A DNA stretch of 64,000 nucleotides from Thermoanaerobaculia bacterium (lineage in GTDB: Bacteria; Acidobacteriota; Thermoanaerobaculia; Gp7-AA8). Positions within the stretch are counted from its first letter, which is position 1. Each line of letters opens with the position of its first letter. The notes beneath the pieces were generated by a model that worked only from the letters and a program-made list of their open reading frames with translations, did no database searches and was not told the origin of the DNA. Positions 25,917 through 35,221 of the stretch are shown one piece after another. The stretch is taken from contig DATKCA010000026.1 in the NCBI GenBank assembly GCA_035544675.1, positions 11,671 to 75,670 on the forward strand, written 5' to 3'. A program made the translations under genes and the position numbers.

Positions 25917-28687
25917 GGCTCTCTCTCCTTTCGGTGGGCGGGTTGGAAATCGATCAGCCATACGTCCTGGCTGTTTTTCTGAAGGACGTAGAGCAGATCG
26001 CCGCGGGGGGTGACCTCGAATCCCGCGAAGCTGATTCCCGGAACGCTGTTGTTCGTGATGGGCCGGCTGGCGCCGCCGGCGAGCGAGAAGGCGACGACGT
26101 TGTGCACGTGGCTCTCGTCGGCGACCGTGAAATAGATCACTCCGGCCGCGGCGTCGAGCTCCGCGGTGCCGGCCCAGACGCGATCGATGCTTCCCACCGG
26201 GCGCGCCTTCCCGCCGGCGTCGATGACCAGGACCTCGGCACGCTCGGTGAAGTCGGGGTTCAGCGACGCGCGCAGCACGACCCACCGGCGGTCGGGAAGC
26301 GGGCCGCGAATGTAGAGCGTGCGCTTCCAGTCGCGCTGCATCGAATCGAGGATCGTGTCGGCGCCGCCTTCCATCAGATGAATCTCGGCCGGTCCGGCCT
26401 CCGGCGACGTCTCGGTCATGAAGGCGATGCGGCCGCCGTCGGTGTAGACCTCGCGGATGATCGTCCCCTTCGGAGCGGAGTAGAGCGTGGAACCGGGCGA
26501 GCGGATCTCGTCGAGGCCGGCCTCCGATCGCACGATGAAGACCGGCGCGCCGTCGTCGCGCCACGCCAGAGAGCTCCGCTCGTAGTCGCGCGGCCACGGG
26601 TAGTAGTTCGGGACGCGGAATCCGCGGGTGACGGTCCCATCCACGCCGGTGTCGAGATCCTTCACGTGGAGCACATACTCGAACATCCGCTCGGCGGGGC
26701 GCGCGTAAGCGATGCGCCGGCCGTCAGGCGACAGCATCGGCATTCCTCCTTCCGCGACGCGATTCCAGGTCGCGACACCGCCCGACGGGAGAAGTGCCCC
26801 CACCAGGATGTCGGCATGGAGGTTCCTCGATGGGGCGTAGAGCACCGGCTTCTGGCGCTGAACGGCCACCTGGTCGTCCGCCGCGGATGGCCAGTCCTCG
26901 CGAAGCATGTCGGCGGTCAGCTGTCGGTGTTGTCCTGTCGGCGGGCTGTAGATCCAGAGGTCGGCTTCGTCCTGCTTCTCCACGAATGTCAGCAGCGAGA
27001 GGTCGTCGCTGACGCTCTGCGTGTACTCGACGCTGCGGCTGAACGTGATCTGCTCGCGTTCCCTGCTGCGGAGATCGAGGCGCCACAAGTCCACTTGATT
27101 GGATCGGTCCGAAGTGAAGAACAGCGACTGGCCGCCGAAGAGCGCTCCTCCTTCATTGTCGGAGCCGCTGATCCGTTCCGATTTCCCCGTGGCCATGTCC
27201 GTGATCCAGAGAGTCAGCTGATGAGGAGTTCGCATTGAGTACGCCACGCGCTTCTCATCCGGATGGACGTCGAACTGCTCGCGAAGCCCCTCCGGTCCCT
27301 GCGATTCGAAAATGCGCGCCGCCTTCCCGCTGGCGGTGTCGAACCGCCACACGCCGCTCCGCGGCAGATGCAGGTAGACATTGGCGCCGTACCAGCGCAG
27401 CAACTCAGCGTTTCCCAGCTCCTTCGGCAGGGCCAGGCTCGTCACCCCACGGCCGCCGAACGCCGCGACGATCTCGAATGAGACCGCGCCGAGATTGCTG
27501 ACCAGGACGCCGAGGCTCTCGCCGTCGGGAGACCAGAGGGCGTCCGCGAGGCCGGGCTGCGACGTCACTACCCGCGGCTCCCCTCCCTTGACCCGCTGCA
27601 TCCACACGGAATTCGTCCCGCCCTGGTCGGAGACGAACGCGATCCACTGCCGGTCTGGTGACAGCCGCGCGCTGCGCTCGACGCTCGGCCAGGTCACGAT
27701 CGGCCGCATCACCGGCGACCGCGGCGGATCGCGCCGGCCGACAAGACCGGGAGCGGCGAAGAGCAGCGCCGCGACGACGGCGGTCGCGGCCACCCAGGGC
27801 ATGAAACGCTGCAGCGGCCACGAGCGTCGCCGCGGCACGATGAGTGGCAGGCCTGAGGTGATCCGGCGCAGATCGCCGCGCATCTCTGACGCCGTCACGT
27901 AGCGATGCTCCGGATTCTTGCCGAGCCCGCGGAGGATGACGTGCTCCAGCTCCGCCGAGATCTCCTTGTTGATCTGCCGCGGCGGCCGCGGTGCCTCGGT
28001 CACGATGGCCATCGTCAGCGCGGCCGGATCTTCGTGGGGAAACGCGCGCCGGCTGGTGGCCATCTCGTAGAGCACGGCGGCGACCGAGTAGACGTCGCTG
28101 GCCGGCGTCGCTGGAAGTCCGTTCAGGATTTCCGGTGCGATGTACGGGAGTGTCCCGGCCACCGCCCGCGCATCGGGCAGCGTCTCGGTGATGGCGCTGT
28201 CGCTCACCGGCTTCAGCTTGGCCAGGCCGAAGTCGAGGATCTTCACCCGTCCGTCGGCCGTGATACGCAGGTTGGCCGGCTTGAGGTCGCGGTGAATGAC
28301 GCCTTCGCCGTGCGCGTAGCCAAGAGCGGAGGTGATCTGGTCACCGTAGTGGAGGATCTCGCCTTCCGGAAGCGGGCCGACGGCGAGCTTCGTGGAGAGT
28401 GTGAGGCCGGCGATCCATTCCATCACAAGGAAGCGGATGCCGTCCTGGACGTCGAAGTCGAACACCGAGGCGATGTTGGGATGGTTCAGACGGGAGAGCG
28501 CGAGAGCCTCACGGCGGAAGCGGCTCTCGGACGAGCCTGTGGCAGCGTGGCGATGCGAGAGGACCTTGATGGCCACGTCGCGATCGAGGTGCAGATCGCG
28601 CGCTCGGTAGACCACACCCATCCCGCCCTCGTCGAACTTCTCGACGATGCGGAAGTGCGACAGCTCCTGCCCCGGAGAGAGTTCCAT
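25913..28687 (-). CDS. Ser/Thr protein kinase with one TM and a large TolB-like beta-propeller ectodomain
   Basis: Kinase motifs GGMGVVYRA, AIK, HRDLKPANL, DFGLAK and GTLPYIAPE. These are followed by a TM and repeated SPDG/WD40-like propeller blades. Confidence 0.9.
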   Translation of the reverse strand: MELSPGQELSHFRIVEKFDEGGMGVVYRARDLHLDRDVAIKVLSHRHAATGSSESRFRREALALSRLNHPNIASVFDFDVQDGIRFLVMEWIAGLTLSTKLAVGPLPEGEILHYGDQITSALGYAHGEGVIHRDLKPANLRITADGRVKILDFGLAKLKPVSDSAITETLPDARAVAGTLPYIAPEILNGLPATPASDVYSVAAVLYEMATSRRAFPHEDPAALTMAIVTEAPRPPRQINKEISAELEHVILRGLGKNPEHRYVTASEMRGDLRRITSGLPLIVPRRRSWPLQRFMPWVAATAVVAALLFAAPGLVGRRDPPRSPVMRPIVTWPSVERSARLSPDRQWIAFVSDQGGTNSVWMQRVKGGEPRVVTSQPGLADALWSPDGESLGVLVSNLGAVSFEIVAAFGGRGVTSLALPKELGNAELLRWYGANVYLHLPRSGVWRFDTASGKAARIFESQGPEGLREQFDVHPDEKRVAYSMRTPHQLTLWITDMATGKSERISGSDNEGGALFGGQSLFFTSDRSNQVDLWRLDLRSREREQITFSRSVEYTQSVSDDLSLLTFVEKQDEADLWIYSPPTGQHRQLTADMLREDWPSAADDQVAVQRQKPVLYAPSRNLHADILVGALLPSGGVATWNRVAEGGMPMLSPDGRRIAYARPAERMFEYVLHVKDLDTGVDGTVTRGFRVPNYYPWPRDYERSSLAWRDDGAPVFIVRSEAGLDEIRSPGSTLYSAPKGTIIREVYTDGGRIAFMTETSPEAGPAEIHLMEGGADTILDSMQRDWKRTLYIRGPLPDRRWVVLRASLNPDFTERAEVLVIDAGGKARPVGSIDRVWAGTAELDAAAGVIYFTVADESHVHNVVAFSLAGGASRPITNNSVPGISFAGFEVTPRGDLLYVLQKNSQDVWLIDFQPAHRKEREP

Positions 28688-28731
28688 GGCCGGCCGTTTT
28701 CTGGTGTGCGGGAAGCATAGTGTAGTTCGGG

Positions 28732-28851
28732 CCTTACTTAGTCCTTAGTCCTTCCTTAGTCCTTAGTCCTTAGTCCTTAGTCCTTAGGCGTTAGGAGACC
28801 GACCGGGAGTCGTGGGCGGGTGGTGGTCTCCTGAGGACTAAGGACTAAGGA
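28732..28851. repeat. long heptamer-array hairpin (TAGTCCT)n ... (AGGACTA)n with an inner ggagacc/ggtctcc stem
   Basis: The left arm has seven or more CCTTAGT units (28737-28786). The inner dyad pairs ggagacc (28794-28800) with ggtctcc (28825-28831). The right arm is gaggactaaggactaaggac. Confidence 0.85.
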
Positions 28852-28857
28852 CCAGTT

Positions 28858-29781
28858 TCACTCGAAGAGCGTATCGACATACGCGGCCGGGTCGAACGGA
28901 ATGAGGTCGTCCGCCCCTTCCCCCACCCCGATGAACTTCACCGGGATGTCGAACTGGCGCATGATCGACAGGATCACTCCGCCCTTGGCCGTCCCGTCCA
29001 GCTTCGTCACGATCATCCCGGTGACCCCCGCCGCCTCCAGAAACGCCGAGGCCTGGCTGACCCCGTTCTGACCGGTGGTGCCGTCGATGACCAGCAGCGT
29101 CTCGTGGGGCGCGCCCGGCATCTCCTTCTCGATGACGCGCCGCACTTTGGCCAGCTCCGCCATCAGGTGCGACTTGTTGTGCAGCCGGCCGGCCGTGTCG
29201 ATCAGGACGACATCGGCGTTGCGCGCCTTCGCCGCGGCGACGGAGTCGTGCGCCACAGCGCCAGGATCGGATCCGGCCTTGTGCTTGATCATCGGGACGC
29301 CGATGCGATCGGCCCACATCTGAAGCTGCTCGATGGCCGCGGCGCGAAACGTGTCGGCCGCGCCGAGGAGAACGCTCCTGCCCTCGCCCTTCCAGCGCGC
29401 GGCGAGCTTGGCGATGGTGGTGGTCTTGCCCGTCCCGTTCACTCCGACCACCAGGATCACGAACGGCCGGGCTTTGCTGAGGTCGATGGTCCCGGCGGCG
29501 CGACGCGGAATCAGCGCACGCGTCTCTTCGCGCAGCACCTCGGTGAGCCGGTCGACGGTGGAGATGTTCTCCGTGCGCACGCGCTCCTCCAGCCGGTCCA
29601 CGAGCGAGCTGGTCAGCTCCGCACCGACGTCGGCGCCGAGGAGTCCTTCCTCCAGCCCATCGATGGCGCTCCGGTCGACGGGGAGGTTCGGCGTCATCGA
29701 CTCCTTCACCTTCTCGATGATCTCGGTGTGAGTCATGAAGAGGCCGCGCTTGAGCTTGTCGAAGAGTGTCTGGTCGGTCAT
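28858..29781 (-). CDS. ftsY: signal recognition particle receptor FtsY (short form)
   Basis: Contains GVNGTGKTTT, DTAGR and TKLDGTAKGG. Confidence 0.92.
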   Translation of the reverse strand: MTDQTLFDKLKRGLFMTHTEIIEKVKESMTPNLPVDRSAIDGLEEGLLGADVGAELTSSLVDRLEERVRTENISTVDRLTEVLREETRALIPRRAAGTIDLSKARPFVILVVGVNGTGKTTTIAKLAARWKGEGRSVLLGAADTFRAAAIEQLQMWADRIGVPMIKHKAGSDPGAVAHDSVAAAKARNADVVLIDTAGRLHNKSHLMAELAKVRRVIEKEMPGAPHETLLVIDGTTGQNGVSQASAFLEAAGVTGMIVTKLDGTAKGGVILSIMRQFDIPVKFIGVGEGADDLIPFDPAAYVDTLFE

Positions 29782-30860
29782 CCGCGCTTCGTGGCCGCTC
29801 CCTGCTCGCGCGAGGAGATGGCCTGGCGGACCATGGCCTCATCGATGGTGAGCACGCCGCTGGCGCCCGTGACCGCGGCGGCAGGATCGAATTCGAGGTT
29901 GCGGATGATACGGCGGAACACCTCGCGCAGCGCCCGCGCGCCGAGCCGCTTCTGGCGCGACGCGTCCCAGGCGATGGCGATGAGAGCGCCGCGCGTGATC
30001 TGCAGGTCGATCCCGAAGCCCTTGAAATAGTCGCGCGAGAGACGGAACACCGAACCCTCCGGCTCCACGAAGATCCGCGCCAGGTCCTCCTCGGCCAGAT
30101 CGTTGAGGACGATGATCGACTCGAAGCGCGAGACGAACTGCGGCGTCATCCCATAGCGGAAGAGGTCCTCGTATTTCAGAAAGTCGCGCAGCTGGAACGG
30201 CAGCTCCTCGCGCACTTCGCCCGACGCGGAGACGATCACGACAGGCTGCAGCGCGACCACGTCCTGCCCGATGGTGGCCCGCCGCAGCACGCTGTCGTAC
30301 AGCTCTTCGAACGCTCCGCCGGCGACGAACAGAATGCCCGACGAGTTCACGACGTGCGTCTTGTTGTCCGCCTCGAAGCGCACGTGCTCGTTCTCCATCA
30401 GCGTGAGCAGAGCCTCCTGCGCCACGATGCCGCGCACGTTCGCCGACCCGCCCACCTGCGAGCGGATCTTGTCCACCTCGTCGATGAAGACGATTCCGTG
30501 CTCGACCGAGCGGAGGACATCCTGCACTCCCGCGTCGCGGCCCAGAAGGACGCGGGCATTCTGATAGAGCCGTCCCAGCACCACTCGCCCGTACCCCTGA
30601 TGCTCCTCGGCCAGCACGTTGGCGTTGAGCCGGACGACATTGGCGAAGTCACCCAGCCCTTTGCGCTGCGACAGGAACATCTCCACCGCGCGCATGAGCG
30701 TGGTCTTCCCCGACCCGGAGTTGCCGATGAGCAGGATGTTCGGCGCGGGGTGACCGACCAGGTGCTTGACCAGCGCGACGGAGAGCTCGCGGATGGCCTC
30801 ATCCTGGCCGACCACGGTCTTGCGCAGCTCGTCGTGGATGTCGCGGGGCCGCAGGTCCAT
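29778..30860 (-). CDS. ClpX/HslU-like AAA+ ATPase without the N-terminal zinc finger
   Basis: Contains VVGQDEAIRELSVAL, Walker A GNSGSGKTT, Walker B IVFIDEVDK, then GMTPQFVSRF and GARALREVFRRII. I saw no C4 zinc ribbon and no obvious IGF loop. Its stop overlaps the ftsY ATG as ATGA. Confidence 0.8.
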   Translation of the reverse strand: MDLRPRDIHDELRKTVVGQDEAIRELSVALVKHLVGHPAPNILLIGNSGSGKTTLMRAVEMFLSQRKGLGDFANVVRLNANVLAEEHQGYGRVVLGRLYQNARVLLGRDAGVQDVLRSVEHGIVFIDEVDKIRSQVGGSANVRGIVAQEALLTLMENEHVRFEADNKTHVVNSSGILFVAGGAFEELYDSVLRRATIGQDVVALQPVVIVSASGEVREELPFQLRDFLKYEDLFRYGMTPQFVSRFESIIVLNDLAEEDLARIFVEPEGSVFRLSRDYFKGFGIDLQITRGALIAIAWDASRQKRLGARALREVFRRIIRNLEFDPAAAVTGASGVLTIDEAMVRQAISSREQGAATKRG

Positions 30861-30873
30861 GGACGCGACAGTT

Positions 30874-30943
30874 TACTGTGGAGCGCCGCCGATTACTGTG
30901 GAGCGCCGCCGACTCGGCGGCCGCCGGGTCGGCGGCGCTCCAC
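30874..30943. repeat. GTGGAGCGCCGCCG-word element (two direct copies plus one inverted copy)
   Basis: tactgtggagcgccgccga occurs at 30874 and 30894, with the inverted gtcggcggcgctccac at 30928-30943. The same 14-mer recurs at about 34380-34393 and 42696-42709. Confidence 0.8.
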
Positions 30944-30951
30944 TCACGATT

Positions 30952-31566
30952 TCATGTCACCAGCGACAGCCCCACCGCCGCCAGCAGCACGATGACGACG
31001 CCGACCGCGACCCAGAACGCCTGCACCGTCTGGCGGTGCATGTTCACCGACTCGAGGCGCTCGCCGAGCAGATACTGGAGGTACTCGACGCGAGGGCGGA
31101 CCGAGCCGATCTTCTCCTCCAGGTTCGGATAGACGACCTGGTTGATGCCGGCGACGATGATCACCGGGATGAACGTCGCCCCACCCCTCCGGATCACGAA
31201 CTGATCGAGCAGCCCGCTCTGGGGCTGGTCGCTCTCCGACACCAGGCAGTGAAACACCGTCGTCGACTGCAGCACCGTCAGCGCCTTCTGCAGCACGTTC
31301 TTGGCGCGGTAAGTGTTGCCGACCGACTCGGAGGTCTGGCGAAGGATCTTCTCGTTCAGCTCCGGGACGCGGGTGAAGATGAAGATGGTCTCTCCCCTGG
31401 CCAGGGAGATCTTCTCGCTGCGGCGGTAGATGATCTCTCCCATCTCCCAGTCCTCCTCATGCTGTTCGGTGGTAAAGCCCTCATCGCGAAGGCGTTGCAT
31501 GAGGCGGGAGACCGGATCGCTCCCCTCCGGAGACTCAGTCGGCTTTTTGGCTTTCAGTTCGTGCAT
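30952..31566 (-). CDS. hypothetical tail-anchored membrane protein
   Basis: Has a single C-terminal TM, FWVAVGVVIVLLAAVGLSLV. AGGAAA lies 4 nt upstream of ATG 31566. It overlaps the response-regulator gene by 32 nt. Confidence 0.55.
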   Translation of the reverse strand: MHELKAKKPTESPEGSDPVSRLMQRLRDEGFTTEQHEEDWEMGEIIYRRSEKISLARGETIFIFTRVPELNEKILRQTSESVGNTYRAKNVLQKALTVLQSTTVFHCLVSESDQPQSGLLDQFVIRRGGATFIPVIIVAGINQVVYPNLEEKIGSVRPRVEYLQYLLGERLESVNMHRQTVQAFWVAVGVVIVLLAAVGLSLVT

Positions 31567-31906
31567 ATTTCCTGACGAGACGGACGAGATCGTCAAATTC
31601 AAAAGGTTTGCCCATATAGTCGTCCGCCCCGCACAACCGCGCTTTTTCAGCGATATCCCGATCCCCGGAGATGACGATGTAGGGGATGCCTCTGGTCTCT
31701 GGCTCTGCCTTGAGCGCGCTGCAGAGCGCGTCTCCTCCCATGCCCTTGATGGTGAGGTCGGCGAAGATCAGCATCGGCAACGACTCCTTCGCCGCGCTGA
31801 GCGCGGCATGGCCGTCCGCGACGACTCTCGACTTCCAGCCGTTGCGCTGCAGCACCAGCTCGATCAGCCGCGCCACCTGCGGATCGTCTTCGACCACCAG
31901 AATCAA
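31535..31906 (-). CDS. single-domain response regulator (CheY-like receiver)
   Basis: Contains ILVVEDD, LIFADLTIKGMGG, YIVISGD and DDYMGKPF. TTG start with GAGG 7 nt upstream. Confidence 0.85.
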   Translation of the reverse strand: MILVVEDDPQVARLIELVLQRNGWKSRVVADGHAALSAAKESLPMLIFADLTIKGMGGDALCSALKAEPETRGIPYIVISGDRDIAEKARLCGADDYMGKPFEFDDLVRLVRKYARTESQKAD

Positions 31907-31919
31907 ACGGGCCTCGCCA

Positions 31920-32393
31920 TCAGAATTCGAACTGGACGTGAACCGTCTTGCGCAGGTGCCCGATGATCGCGCCGCCGAGGGCTCCCAGGCCGTTCGCGAA
32001 GAGGTCGGCCGGACTGGTGACGCGCGTGGGGAGATACGACTGCCAGATCATCACCGCCGCGGCGAACAGGAGGCCCGCCAGGACCGTGAGCGCATAAGTC
32101 CGCGATCGCGGCCGCTCCGCCTTGTCGATGGCCAGGAAGGTGAGGAATCCCCATGGAACGAAGAGCAGGGCGTTGGCGATGACCGGCATCAGTCCGGCCA
32201 GCACGGCGCTCCGCGAGAATCGCGCGCCGCCGAAGGCCCCGATGAGCATGTCCCGGGCCGGATGCGACTCGTTCGCATACGCCTTCCCCGAGAGGTAATA
32301 GATCAGGAAAACCATCACGCCCGACACCAGGGCGAGCAGAACGAACGTCACCCATTTGCGGATGACGACGACATGAACTTCCCTCTTGCCCAT
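31920..32393 (-). CDS. VanZ-family membrane protein
   Basis: Four to five TMs, with IANALLFVPWGFL matching the VanZ-like N..LF.P.G signature. Confidence 0.7.
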   Translation of the reverse strand: MGKREVHVVVIRKWVTFVLLALVSGVMVFLIYYLSGKAYANESHPARDMLIGAFGGARFSRSAVLAGLMPVIANALLFVPWGFLTFLAIDKAERPRSRTYALTVLAGLLFAAAVMIWQSYLPTRVTSPADLFANGLGALGGAIIGHLRKTVHVQFEF

Positions 32394-32464
32394 CTGCCAT
32401 CACGGTACATCTTTGCGAGAACCGTGCTCACTGTTTCGGCAAGTTACAATAGAGCAAATAACGA

Positions 32465-32573
32465 ACGGAATGGAGCGCGGGTGTCCTCACCCGCGCCCCG
32501 GGACCTGAAGTGGAGGACAGGCAATCCTGCCTGTCCAGCCGAGGACAGACAGGATTGTCTGTCCTCCACAGAA
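32465..32573. repeat. 109-nt composite repeat, copy A
   Basis: It contains the GGTG/AGGA/CACC-family hairpin followed by two ggacagGcaATCCtgCctgtcc-type hairpins. By manual alignment its reverse complement equals 38941-39048 except for one C indel. Confidence 0.9.
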
Positions 32574-32577
32574 GCGA

Positions 32578-32612
32578 GGGGGGCGGCGGTGAGGACACCG
32601 CCGCCCCATTCC
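32578..32612. repeat. GGTG-AGGA-CACC hairpin with a CCATTCC tail (family copy, different lower stem)
   Basis: ggggcggcggtg-agga-caccgccgcccc followed by attcc. Confidence 0.85.
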
Positions 32613-32693
32613 AGCGACGTTTTGGTCGCGGCCGGGAACGCAATCAGGCCGATTGCCGGCGAGCTCGTACCCGTGCCGTAGAATCGCGGCGCG

Positions 32694-33359
32694 ATGCCGC
32701 TGTCCAAGGTCGTCCTCTTGTCGTTCATCACGCTCATCACGATGGTGAACCCGCTGGCCGTGATCCCGCCGTTCGTGGCGCTGACTGACGGCGCCTCGCG
32801 GTCGACGCGCTTCCGCGTTGCGCTCATCGCCGCGATGTCCTGCATCGTCGTCCTCACTCTCTTTCTCGTGGCCGGCAACTGGGTCTTCCAGTTCTTCGGC
32901 ATCACCGTCCCGGCCTTTCAGATCATGGGCGGCATCATCTTCTTCAGCAACGCGCTGCGAACGCTCGTGCAGGACGACACCCGCTCCGGCGACATGGGCG
33001 GGCCGCGGCGGATGAGGGACGACGACGTCGAGAAGGCCGAGATCGACCCGGCCTCCATCGCCGTGGTGCCGCTGGCCATTCCCATGCTGTCCGGGCCTGG
33101 CGCCATCACCGCCACCATGGTGCTGGTCAACCTCTATCCACGCGTGGAGCAGAAGATCGCGGTGGCGGCGGCCATCGTCGGCGTCGGCATCGTCTGCTAC
33201 GCCGTGCTGCTCGCCGCGATCCCACTGTCCCGGCTGATCGGCGAGCGCGGCCGCGCCGTCTTCAGCAGGATCATGGCCCTGCTCCTCGGCGCCATCGGCA
33301 TCCAGTTCATCATCAACGGAGTCAAGCCGATCATGCTGGATATCATGCGAGCGGGGTAG
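32694..33359 (+). CDS. MarC-family (UPF0056) integral membrane protein
   Basis: Contains FITLITMVNPLAVIPPFVALT and six TMs. Confidence 0.85.
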   Translation: MPLSKVVLLSFITLITMVNPLAVIPPFVALTDGASRSTRFRVALIAAMSCIVVLTLFLVAGNWVFQFFGITVPAFQIMGGIIFFSNALRTLVQDDTRSGDMGGPRRMRDDDVEKAEIDPASIAVVPLAIPMLSGPGAITATMVLVNLYPRVEQKIAVAAAIVGVGIVCYAVLLAAIPLSRLIGERGRAVFSRIMALLLGAIGIQFIINGVKPIMLDIMRAG

Positions 33360-33418
33360 AGCATGTTCATAGGCCACCCCGCAATCGGTATTGCATCCCG
33401 GCACCGCGACGTCGTGGC

Positions 33419-34279
33419 ATGAAGACGCTCTTCGTGGTCAACGAGCGCTCCGGCCTCCGCCGGCCACGCGACGCCGGAGCGATCATCCGGGAAGGCTGCT
33501 CCGAGCCGCACGAGATCGTGATCTGCGGCCGCAAGGAAGACCTCGACGAGATCATCGCCCGCGCGGAGCGCGAGAACTTCGACGTGGTCTGCGCGGTGGG
33601 CGGCGACGGCACCGTTCACGAGGTCGGCAAACGCCTCATCGGCCGCTCGCCCGCCCTGGGCATCCTGCCCACCGGCTCGGGGAACGGCTACGCGCGGCAC
33701 CTGCGCATCCCCGCCGCTCCGCTCCGCTCGGGCAGCATCGCCGCCGTCGATACGGCCGAGGTGAACGGGATGGCCTTTCTGGGCGTCATGGGAGCCGGCC
33801 TGGACGCGGTGATCGCCCATCGCTTCGCCGCGAGCGGCATCCGCGGCCTGCGCACGTACGTGAAGGAAGGGCTGAAGACGTACATGCAGTACCGGCCGGA
33901 GCGCTATGTCATCGAGGTGGACGGGAAGCGATGGACCTCGACTGCGTTCGTCGTGGCCGTGGCGAACTCCAGCCAGTACGGCAACAACGCGCGGATCGCG
34001 CCCCTGGCCTCGCTGCAGGACGGGTTGCTCGACGTGGTCATCGTCGAGGAGCTGTCGCTGATCCGCGCGCCGCTGATGCTGGTCCGGCTCTTCAACGGCA
34101 CGCTGCACAAGTCGCGCAGCGTGAAGATCCTGCAGGGCCGCAACGTCGTCATCCGCCGCCCGCAACCCGGCCCGGTGCACCTGGACGGCGAGCCGTTCGA
34201 ACTGGACGCGGAGCTGCGGGTACGCGTCGTGCCGCTGTCGCTGCGGGTGTTGCTGCCAGCGAACGCCGCGCGCATCTAG
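33419..34279 (+). CDS. diacylglycerol/lipid kinase (YegS/DAGK catalytic domain)
   Basis: Contains VCAVGGDGTVHEV, LGILPTGSGNGYA and DGEP. Confidence 0.88.
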   Translation: MKTLFVVNERSGLRRPRDAGAIIREGCSEPHEIVICGRKEDLDEIIARAERENFDVVCAVGGDGTVHEVGKRLIGRSPALGILPTGSGNGYARHLRIPAAPLRSGSIAAVDTAEVNGMAFLGVMGAGLDAVIAHRFAASGIRGLRTYVKEGLKTYMQYRPERYVIEVDGKRWTSTAFVVAVANSSQYGNNARIAPLASLQDGLLDVVIVEELSLIRAPLMLVRLFNGTLHKSRSVKILQGRNVVIRRPQPGPVHLDGEPFELDAELRVRVVPLSLRVLLPANAARI

Positions 34280-34303
34280 GCTAGGGTGGTGAATCAGCTG
34301 CCT

Positions 34304-34393
34304 GGTGGAGGACAGGCAATCCTGCCTGTCCGGGCAGGCAGGATTGCCTGCCCTCCACAGGCCCGGCGGCCGCCCGGGTCGGCGGCGCTCCAC
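34304..34393. repeat. diverged third copy of the ggaggacaggcaatcctgcctgtcc element plus the GGCGGCGCTCCAC word
   Basis: ggtggaggacaggcaatcctgcctgtccgggcaggcaggattgcctgccctccac...gtcggcggcgctccac. Confidence 0.8.
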
Positions 34394-35221
34394 CTACTTC
34401 TCTATCTCGGCCAGGAAAATCTCCAGCTGCCGGTTGAACTCCTCCGGCCGGTCCATCATCAGCCAGTGACTGACGCCGCTGATCGCGCGCGCCGGCATCG
34501 ACGGGATCTGCACGTGCAGCGCGGTCTTCTTGTCGTTCCCCGCCGCGGTGATGGCCAGCTTCGGGCCTTTGTAAGCCTCGACATTGCTGCGCATCCTGAA
34601 CTCGATGAGGTCCTCGAGCGCTTCGGTGAACGCCTCGGTCGAGGTCAGGTTGACCGACAGGAGCACGGCCAGCTTCACTTCCTCCTTCGCGCCCTGGAGG
34701 ATCGGCTCGAACCACTCCGCGACGACCTTCTTCTTGTCCATACGCAGCGCCATCAGGAACTTGTCCAGCTGCTCGGGGCCCACCGTGACGTCGCCCGCGG
34801 CGTCGGCGTACACCACCCCGGCCACCCGCTCCGGATACTTCGCGGCGTACCGCGCCACCACGGCCGCGCCGAAGCTGTGACCGACGATGACGAAGCGATC
34901 GAGACCCAGAGAGTTCGCCACGTCGTGGACGTCGTCCGCCATCACCTCGATCGTGTACTCGCCGTTCGCCGGCGGATCGGAGATGCCCATCCCGCGCAGG
35001 TCGATGGCCACTGCGCGCCGCGTCCTGCGGAAGTGAGTCAACTGCCCATGCCACTGCGTGAGGTTTGCGCCGTTGCCGTGCACGAAGAACAGCGGCAGGC
35101 CAGGTCCCGTGCCGCCGTCGTCGACGTGAATCCGTCCCTGCGGCGACTGGAAGTACACCACCGGGGGCCGGGATGTGCCGCACGCCATCAACAGAAGGAG
35201 AGCCGGGATGCACCGCCTCAC
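34394..35221 (-). CDS. alpha/beta hydrolase lipoprotein
   Basis: Lipobox LLLLMACG, FFVHGNG and nucleophile elbow GHSFGA. GTG 35221 overlaps the arsC stop as GTGA. Confidence 0.85.
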   Translation of the reverse strand: MRRCIPALLLLMACGTSRPPVVYFQSPQGRIHVDDGGTGPGLPLFFVHGNGANLTQWHGQLTHFRRTRRAVAIDLRGMGISDPPANGEYTIEVMADDVHDVANSLGLDRFVIVGHSFGAAVVARYAAKYPERVAGVVYADAAGDVTVGPEQLDKFLMALRMDKKKVVAEWFEPILQGAKEEVKLAVLLSVNLTSTEAFTEALEDLIEFRMRSNVEAYKGPKLAITAAGNDKKTALHVQIPSMPARAISGVSHWLMMDRPEEFNRQLEIFLAEIEK

